Assembly: GCA_963775425.1 (NCBI GenBank) | Contig: CAVZJB010000007.1 | Coordinates: forward strand, 224,001-288,000 | Direction of reading: 5' to 3' | Length of the DNA: 64,000 bases | From: an uncultured delta proteobacterium | GTDB lineage: Bacteria; Myxococcota; UBA727; VGSZ01 | Shown: piece by piece, positions 26,160 to 33,900 of the stretch | Layout: every line of letters starts with the position of its first letter | Position numbering within the stretch: the first letter of the stretch is position 1 | Translations under genes and position numbers: made by a program | Notes under the pieces: model-generated | Database searches by the model: none | Told to the model about the DNA's origin: nothing | Seen by the model: the letters and a program-made list of their open reading frames with translations, nothing else

Positions 26160-27626
26160 CTACACGTGGACGATCGACACCGTCGGCTCCACCTGCCCGT
26201 CGGCGCCCGCGTCCCACACGAGCAGCACGGTCTGCCCTGGTTCGGCGAGGCCGAGGCGGCGCACCATCTCGACGGCGACCTCGCGCGGCGAGGCGAGGTC
26301 CGCCGGCGCCACCAGCTCGGGCATCAGCCCCCAGGACAGCGCGAGCCGCCGGCACATGGCGATGTCGGGGGTGAGCGCGACGACGGGCGCGGCCGGTCGC
26401 TCGGCGCTGACGAGGCGCGCGGTGCGCCCCGTGCGCGTGGGGACGACGACGGCGCGCACGCCGAGGTCGGCGGACAGCAGCGACGTGGCGCGCGAGAGCG
26501 CCTCACCGGGATCCTGCGCGTTCTGCCCGGTCTTCACCTCGAGGACGCGACCGTGCTGGTTGTGCGTGTACTGGTAGCCCTCCACCAGCCGCAGGATGCG
26601 GTCCATGGTGGCCACGGCCGTGACGGGGTTCTTGCCCGCCGCCGTCTCCGCCGAGAGCATCACCGCGTCGGTGCGGCCGAGGGCGGCGGCCGCGACGTCG
26701 GTGACCTCCGCGCGCGTGGGCCGCGCGTTCTCGATCATGCTCTCGAGCATCTGCGTGGCCACGATGACGGGCCGATTCCTCTCGATGGACACGCGGATGA
26801 GCTCGCTCTGCAACAGCGGCACCTCCTCCGCGGGCATCTCCACGCCGAGGTCGCCGCGGGCGATCATGATGGCGTCGACGACTTCGAGGATCTCGTCGAT
26901 GGCCGCGATGGCCTCGGGCTTCTCGATCTTGGCGACGATCGGGATGTCGTTCTTGCCGAGCGCGCCGAGGAGCGCGCGCAGCAGCTTGACGTCGCCCGCG
27001 CTGCGCACGAACGAGAGCGCGAGGAAGTCCACGCCCTCGTTCGCGGCGAAGGTGGCGTCGTCCTTGTCCTTGGGCGTGAGCGCCGGTGCGGAGACGGCGA
27101 CGCCGGGGAGGTTCATGCCCTTCTTGTTCGACAGCCAGCCGCCGTGAACGACCTCGCAGGTGACCTCGGTCTTTCCGTCGGTGGACACCACGCGCAGCTC
27201 GAGCTTGCCGTCGTCGAGCAGCACGCGGTCTCCCGGCGTGACGTCCTTGGCCAGGTGCTCGTACTGCGAGGGCACGACGTCGCCGTGGCCCTCGACGTCG
27301 CGCGTGGTGACGGTGACCTTGGCGCCGTGGGCGAGCTCGATGCCGCCGCCGGTGAACGTGCCCACACGGATCTTGGGGCCGCAGAGGTCGCCGAGGATGG
27401 CGACGTTCTGGCCGAGCTTCTCCGCGACCTTCCTGATCCGCGCGATGTTCTCGGCGTGCGTGGCGTGCGTGCCGTGCGAGAAATTCAAGCGGAAGACGTC
27501 GACGCCGGCGACGATGAGCCGCTCCACCATCTCGTCCGACGACGACGCCGGCCCGATGGTGGCGACGATCTTGGTGCGGCGGCGCTTGAGGGCGACACGA
27601 GAGAGATCGATGCGCAGGTCCGTCAT
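26160..27626 (-). CDS. pyk: Pyruvate kinase
   Basis: RRTKIVATIGPAS, RLNFSHG, DLCGPKIR, AKIE, MIARGDLGVE, ATQMLESM, PTRAEVTDV. Confidence 0.97.
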   Translation of the reverse strand: MTDLRIDLSRVALKRRRTKIVATIGPASSSDEMVERLIVAGVDVFRLNFSHGTHATHAENIARIRKVAEKLGQNVAILGDLCGPKIRVGTFTGGGIELAHGAKVTVTTRDVEGHGDVVPSQYEHLAKDVTPGDRVLLDDGKLELRVVSTDGKTEVTCEVVHGGWLSNKKGMNLPGVAVSAPALTPKDKDDATFAANEGVDFLALSFVRSAGDVKLLRALLGALGKNDIPIVAKIEKPEAIAAIDEILEVVDAIMIARGDLGVEMPAEEVPLLQSELIRVSIERNRPVIVATQMLESMIENARPTRAEVTDVAAAALGRTDAVMLSAETAAGKNPVTAVATMDRILRLVEGYQYTHNQHGRVLEVKTGQNAQDPGEALSRATSLLSADLGVRAVVVPTRTGRTARLVSAERPAAPVVALTPDIAMCRRLALSWGLMPELVAPADLASPREVAVEMVRRLGLAEPGQTVLLVWDAGADGQVEPTVSIVHV

Positions 27627-27652
27627 GCGGCGACCCTACCGCGATCGTCTAC

Positions 27653-29203
27653 TCACGGGGCGGGGCACGTGAGGTCACCGGCGTCCTCGCACAGCGAGAA
27701 GCGCGCCGCCGTGGCGCCGACCGCGAGCACCGTGCCGTCGTCGAGGGGAACGAGCGCCGCTCCGGCGGTGGGGCTGTCGCCGAGCGAGCGCGTCCCGTCG
27801 ACGAACGCGCCGCCGTAGTCGGCGGCGCCGAAGGAAGGCGGCGAAGGGGCAATGAAGAACAACCGGTGGGGCGCCGCGCCGCCGACGAGCGCGGGGCATG
27901 GAGGTGCGCCGCAACGGAGCGTCGCCGCGGCGAGGCCGGGCGCCGGCGTCACCGCGCGCGCCGCCGGGACGGCCGGGAGGGCGCGCTCCTCCTCGAGGAG
28001 GAACACCTCGGCGTCGGGGGGCGGAGCGTCGCTGTTGTCGAGCGCCTCGACGCTGCCGCCGGCGAGGAGGACGTTGCCGTCGTCGAGGACGGTGGCGGCG
28101 GCGCCGGCGCGCCTGGCGCAGAGGTTCTCGCCGCCGGGCGCGCCGGGGCACGCGATGCTCGGGCCGCCCCAGGTCTCGCTGTCGATGTCGAAGAGCTCGA
28201 GCGAGTCGAGCAACGCGCCCGACGCGTCGCTGCCGCCGGCGACGAGCACCTTGTTGGACGCGAGCAGCGCGGCCGCCGCGTGGGTGCGCGCGGCCGCGAG
28301 CGGCTCCACGGCGCGCACGCCGCCGTCTTCGCCGACGACGACGGCGCCGGCGCTCGCGGCGGCGGCGGCGGCGCTGCCGCCCGCGACGAGGACGGCGTCG
28401 GCGGCGACGGCGACGGCGACGTGTCCGCTGAGCTCGAGGGAGCCCACGGTGGAGAACGCGCCGGTGCCCGGGTCGAAGACGAGGATGTCGGCGGCCAAGG
28501 CGGAAGCGTCGTCGGGGGCGTGGCCGCCGACGATGAGGACCTTGCCGTCGGCGAGGGCGGTGGCGGTGTGCTCCGTGCGCGAGGCGGGCGGATTGGCGAT
28601 GCACGCGCTCGTGCAGAATGACGGCGCGTCCGGCGTGCCGGGCGCGCGCGGATCAAAGACGGCGGCGCTCGGCTCGCCCGCACCGCCGAAGACCAGCACC
28701 CGGCCGTCTTCGAGGAGCGTCGCGGTGGCGCCGGTGAAGTCCCGCGGCGCGGGCACGGGTGCGAACGCGTTGGCGGGGCCAAGGTAGAGGGGCACGTCGA
28801 CGTCGCCGTCGACGTCGCAGTCGAAGCGCGCCCGGCCGGTGGCGACGATGGTGTCCTGGTTGACGCTCGAAAACACCTGGACAAGGAGCTCGAGGCCCGT
28901 CCCGCGCGGGACGGCGGCGCCGGGGTCGACGGCGGCGACGTCGCCGCCTGTCTGTCCCTTGCCTGCGAGGTCCCGCACCGCGTCGAAGACGACAGCGCCG
29001 CCGCGCTTGATGACGAGCCGCGCCTCGTCGCCCTCGTCGGCGAGGGGCTTCGGCTCGGGCTGGTGCACCTGGATCCGGGCGTTGCACACCTGCTGCGCCG
29101 GCGCGGGGCAACCCGCGAGCGAAACCACGGCGGCGACGGCCAGCGCGCGGAAGGCCGGCTGCGCCTGCCCCCCTGCGTGAGCCCGAGGCGCCGCGGCGAT
29201 CAC
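27653..29203 (-). CDS. Kelch/galactose-oxidase-repeat lipoprotein
   Basis: GTGA overlap with the PEGA gene stop; VSLAGC lipobox; repeats ATLLEDGRVLVFGG, HTATALADGKVLIVGG, ALLASNKVLVAGG, ATVLDDGNVLLAGG. Confidence 0.85.
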   Translation of the reverse strand: MIAAAPRAHAGGQAQPAFRALAVAAVVSLAGCPAPAQQVCNARIQVHQPEPKPLADEGDEARLVIKRGGAVVFDAVRDLAGKGQTGGDVAAVDPGAAVPRGTGLELLVQVFSSVNQDTIVATGRARFDCDVDGDVDVPLYLGPANAFAPVPAPRDFTGATATLLEDGRVLVFGGAGEPSAAVFDPRAPGTPDAPSFCTSACIANPPASRTEHTATALADGKVLIVGGHAPDDASALAADILVFDPGTGAFSTVGSLELSGHVAVAVAADAVLVAGGSAAAAAASAGAVVVGEDGGVRAVEPLAAARTHAAAALLASNKVLVAGGSDASGALLDSLELFDIDSETWGGPSIACPGAPGGENLCARRAGAAATVLDDGNVLLAGGSVEALDNSDAPPPDAEVFLLEEERALPAVPAARAVTPAPGLAAATLRCGAPPCPALVGGAAPHRLFFIAPSPPSFGAADYGGAFVDGTRSLGDSPTAGAALVPLDDGTVLAVGATAARFSLCEDAGDLTCPAP

Positions 29204-30303
29204 AGCTCGAGCACCACGCCCAACGCTGGCGTCGGCGCCGGCTTCGGCCACAGGGCGACGGCACCGGCGACGCCGAGGGCGGTGACCGCGAGGACGCCGG
29301 CGCCGAGCGCGCCATAGACCCACCACGCCGGGCCCTCGTCGACGACGGCGGGCGGGGCGGGCGCGGCGGCCGGCGGGAACAGCGGCGCCGCCGGCGCGGC
29401 AGCGGCCGGGTGCGCGTCGATGCGGCGCGTGGCGACGCCGGGCGCGCGCACGCCCACGAGGACGACCGCGTCGACGTGCGCCGCGCGGGCGACGGCGGCG
29501 ATCTCCTCGACCACGGCGGCGGCCGGGGCGCCGGACACGGCCACACGCGCGGCGTCGTCGAGGGCGCGGCGCGCGGGGGTGGGCGCGAGCGTGACGGCGT
29601 GGACGGCGCCGGCGCCGGCGACGACGGCCACCTCCGCCGTCGACGGCGCGTACCCCGGCGCGCCCACGCGCACGCGGTGCGTCCCCGGCGCGAGCCCGAG
29701 GAGCGACACCGGTGCGGTACCGCGCGCCGCGCCGTCGACGACGACCTCGGCGCCCGCCGGCGTGCTGCGCACCTCGAGCCCGCCGGTGCCCGCGCCGTGC
29801 GCGGCGGCGACGGCCTCGTCGAAGAGCGCGCGCGCCGCCGGCGACAAGAGCTCGGCGTCCGGCGCGACGTCGGGGCGCACGACGAGGAGCGCGCGCAGGG
29901 CGTCGCGCGCGGCGGCGTCGTCCTTCGCCTCGGTCCACGCTTCGGCCTCGAGGAGGCGTGCGCGGGTGAGGGTGTCGAGGTCGGCGGGCGCGAGGTCGGC
30001 CTCGATGACGGCGGCGCACTCGGCGAGGGCGGCGGCGGCGCGCGCGTACTCGAAGGTCAACAGGAGGTCCTCGCCGGACTTCAGCAGCTCCGCCGCGCGG
30101 GGACTGGGCGGCGGCGGCGGCGGGTCGGTGCGGGCGAACAGCGCGGCGCGATCGAGGACGTCGTCGCCGCCGAGGGCGCCGGCGGCCTTGGCGCGCGCGG
30201 CAGCGGCAGCGGCGGCGTCGAGCGTGGAGCCGTCGAGGGCGACGGGATCGTCGACGACGACGGTGCCCGCGGGGATCGCGAGCGCGAGGAGGGCGGCGAG
30301 CAC
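29200..30303 (-). CDS. PEGA-domain protein with a TPR-like N-terminal region and C-terminal TM helix
   Basis: LEVRSTPAGAEVVVDG...GTAP...LAPGTHRVRV..PGY; PAWWVYG plus TM. TAGGCT lies 6 nt before the GTG. Confidence 0.85.
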   Translation of the reverse strand: MLAALLALAIPAGTVVVDDPVALDGSTLDAAAAAAARAKAAGALGGDDVLDRAALFARTDPPPPPPSPRAAELLKSGEDLLLTFEYARAAAALAECAAVIEADLAPADLDTLTRARLLEAEAWTEAKDDAAARDALRALLVVRPDVAPDAELLSPAARALFDEAVAAAHGAGTGGLEVRSTPAGAEVVVDGAARGTAPVSLLGLAPGTHRVRVGAPGYAPSTAEVAVVAGAGAVHAVTLAPTPARRALDDAARVAVSGAPAAAVVEEIAAVARAAHVDAVVLVGVRAPGVATRRIDAHPAAAAPAAPLFPPAAAPAPPAVVDEGPAWWVYGALGAGVLAVTALGVAGAVALWPKPAPTPALGVVLEL

Positions 30304-30364
30304 CGAAGCAGCCTAGCGCGAACCGCACACCGCGCGCCGCGGCGTTGTCCTCGTGCGCCCGACG

Positions 30365-30940
30365 AGAGAGTTGAACCGCAAAAACAAATGGGTCGGCCAG
30401 GCACTCGGCGCGAAGCGCCGCCCGCACGTGGCGGGCGTGCCGGCACGCGCGCCAGGCCCGTCGCCGGTGCGCTGACACCGAGACGTCCGGACGCGGAATT
30501 TGGAGCGGTGTCGCTGTGGCGGCTTCGCGGCGGTGTGCAGGGCTCTCGTGCGCACCGGCGACGGGACCCGGCGCGGGCTCTGCGACGCCGCGCGGCGGGG
30601 CTTGGCGATCTCTTGCAGGTTGTTGATCACGGCCGCGGCGCGGTTCCGGTCGAGCTCGTTGTTGCGCACGCCCTTGTCACGGGCGCGACCGCCCTGCACG
30701 GCGTCGACGCGAGCGAGCTTGTGCTCCACGACGGTGCGCGCCCGGTACGCCTCGCCGCCGCCGTCGGGATCGGGCTCGATGTCCTGCTCGACGACGCGGC
30801 GCATGAGCGCGAGCGCGTCGGACACCGGCGGTTTGTCGGATCGCCCTGCAGCTCGCACCGAACCCATGCGTCGAGCAGCTCGGCTTGCTCGATCACGACT
30901 TGGATGTCCAACGCGGCTTTGACCTGCGGATCACTTCTCT
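30365..30940 (-). mobile_element. Internally deleted IS1182-like insertion sequence remnant
   Basis: Imperfect 16-bp TIRs AGAGAGTTGAACCGCA (30365-30380) and TGCGGATCACTTCTCT (30925-30940), 13/16 matching. Frameshifted transposase-like fragments: VKAALDI, AELLDAWV, EQDIEPDPDGGG, RARTVVEHKLAR..QG.RAR.KG.R.N. Confidence 0.7.
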
Positions 30941-33900
30941 AGCGACGGCGTCTGCGGAGAGAGAGGGCCGCCAGAGCGAGGGCGAGCGCGTCGAGGGAGG
31001 ACGCGGGCCCGGAGGCGGAGGCGCAGCTCGCGGGCGCCGCGCGCGACGGCTGCGCCGAGGTCACCAGGAGGATGAACTCGTGGAGCGTGGCGCCCGCGGC
31101 GTTCTCCACGCGCACGCTGACGGGCACCTCACCGGACACGTCTTTGCCCGGCGTCCACGTGAGCTTGCCGGTGCGCTCGTCGAGCTTCATGCCCGCCGGC
31201 GCGTTCACGATTGCGTCGCCGAGCTCCTTGCCGAGCGTGAACGCGTACGGCCCGCCGCCGGTGACGGAGATGACCCCGTCGGCGTCGTACGACCAGGGCT
31301 GCCCCGCGACGGCGTGGGTGTTCGGCGTGGACACCACGCGCGGCGGGATGGTGCCGTCCTTGGTGGCCGTGATGACCGCGCGGGCCCGCGTCTCGAGTCC
31401 GTCATCGTCGGCGACCACCAGCTCCACCGTGTGCTTCCCCGGTGCCGTCAGCGTGACGGTGGGCCGGACCTCGCCGGACACCGTCCCGTCGGGCAGGATC
31501 CACGTCGAGCGCACCACGTAGCCGTCGAGGTCGTTCTTCTCCGCGTCGAGCTGCACGGTGAGCGGCACCTCGCCGCGCGACGGGAACGCGAGGATGCGCG
31601 CCTCGGGCGGCGAGCCGTCGGCCGCGGTGGCGACGATGTCCGCGGTGGAGGTCGCCTGCCGGCCGAGCGTGTCGGTCACGGTGAGCGTCGCCGTGTACGC
31701 CCCCGGCCGCGCGTAGGTGTGCTGCGGCGACGGCTCGACGAAACCGACGAGGTCGGAGAACGCAGCTTCGAAGTGGTCGCCGTCGCCGAAGTCGACGCTA
31801 TAGGCCGCGATGACCGCGTCGCCCGGCAGCGTATGGCTGGTGAAGCGCACGCCGAACGGCGCCGGCCCCGTGCTCGCGTCGGTCACCAACGACGTCGCCG
31901 GCGGCCGCGACTCCGCGGCGTCGACGGTGATGACCACGGTGGTGAGCGCGCTGAACGTCGCCCGCTCCACCGCTTGATCGCGCGCGACGAGCTGCAGCGT
32001 GGCCTCGTAGGTGCCCGGGACCTCGTAGAGGTGCTCGGCCGACAGGCCCGCCGCCGTGGCGCCGAGGTCGACGCCCTCGTCGTCACCGAAGTAGATGAAC
32101 GCGGCCACCGCGTAGTCGGCGCCGTTTTCGGGCATGCGCGACGCGGTGCCGTCGAACTGCACGAGCAGCGGCGCGGCGCCCTCGATGGGCGTGGCGGTGA
32201 GCGCCGGCAGGAGCACCTTCTCGTCGTCGGGCGGGTCCACGAACGTGATGTCGAGCGCCCGCTCGTCGACGCCCCACGGGTTCACCACGTTCACCGTCGT
32301 GTGGCACACGCCGGCGTTTGCCTGGTGGATGATGGCGACGCCGTTTGGCGTCACGAACAAGCAGCTCCCCCGCGGCGACTGGAACTGCATGGGCTGATCG
32401 CCGCTGACGGGAACGAGGTAGGCGTTTGGGTCGAGGGCGCCGATCTCGTCGATGCGAAAGACGTAGCCGCCCGGCGGCTCCGCGATCGCGAGCGACGGCG
32501 GCGCGCCCGCGCCGACGTCGACGGTGAACCGCTGCGACGCGCTGCCGCTCCGGTCGACGACGAGCAGCTCCACGTCCACCGGCCCCGCCGCCGTGGGCAT
32601 CCACAAGAGTCGACCGTCGACGTTGTCGACGACCATCCCCGGCGGCGCGTCGCCGAGCGCCCACGCGAAGGGCGGCTCGCCGTCCGCCGCCGGCAGCGGG
32701 CTCGCGTACACGGTCCCCACCCGCGCCGTCGTCACCGGGGTCGACGTGATGGTCGGCGCCGCGTGCGCCCCCCCTGCCGACAGCGCCGCGGCCACGGCGG
32801 CGACGACGGTGCCCCGGCGGCGGACGCGCCGCCGCACCACTGTGGTCCTGCGACGGCGGCGGATCAGCGCGAGGCCGGCGAGGACGAGCGCGATCGACGG
32901 CGCCGTCGACGACGTCCGCGTCGACGCGCAGCCGCCGTCGACGGCGGCGGCGGTCACGTGCACGTCGAACTCCTGGAGGTCCGCGCCCGCGCCGTTTTCG
33001 GCGACGAGCACGACGTGCTGATCGCCGACCTGGTCCGCCGACGGCGTCCACGTCAGCTTGCCGGTGTCGAAGTCGACCGCGAGCCCCTTCGGCGCGCCGA
33101 TCTTCTTTCCGTCGAGGTCCTTGCCGACGCGCCAGCCGATGGGCCGGCCGCCCTGGGCGCTCGCGCGATCGTCGGCGTCGTAGTGCCAGGCCTGCCCCGC
33201 CACGGCGGCGAGGGCCGGCGCGGACACGACGCGCGGCGCGCGCACGCCGTCGGCGCGCACCGCGATGGTCAGCACGTCGCGGCCGACGAGGCCGTCGTTG
33301 TCGGTGGCGGACAAGAGCACCGGGAAGTAGCCCGGCGTCGGGAACACCGCGTCCACCGACGCGCCCGTGCGCTGCGTGCCGTCGGGCAGCGACCACTTCA
33401 CGTCGACCACCACGCCGTCCTCGTCGCCGACGTCGGCGGTGAGCCGGACGTTCATCGGCTCGTCGCCTTCGGCGGGCGTGGCCGCGATGTGCGCCTGCGG
33501 CGGTGACAGGTCGCCGTCGCGCACGCGGACGTCGACGTCGTCGGTGCCGGTGAGTCCGTCGTCGTCGAACGCGGTCACGCGCACGTGGTAGTTGCCGGGG
33601 CGGACGTACGTGTGCGTGGGCGCGGTCTCGGACGCGAAGCTGCCGTCGCCGTAGCTCCACTGGATACCGGCGATGTGGCCGTCGGCGTCGGCGCAGTCGC
33701 AGGAGAGGTGAACCGTGAGCTGGTCGTGTCCCTCGAGCACGTCGGCGTTGATGCGCGCCGTGGGCGGCTGCCGGGCTCCGTCGAGCACCGAGATGGTGAC
33801 CTTGTCGCTGGAAAAGACCCCGTACGGGTCCCACGCCTCCACCGTGGCGGTGTAGCTGCCCGGGATGACGTAGCGGTAGCTCGCCGTGGCGCTCGCGGCG

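Noticed and set aside
32768-32774. G7 homopolymer as a phase-variation switch in the second signal peptide
   Set aside because: Seven G's is unremarkable at this GC content and the frame is intact. There is no evidence of variation without reads.
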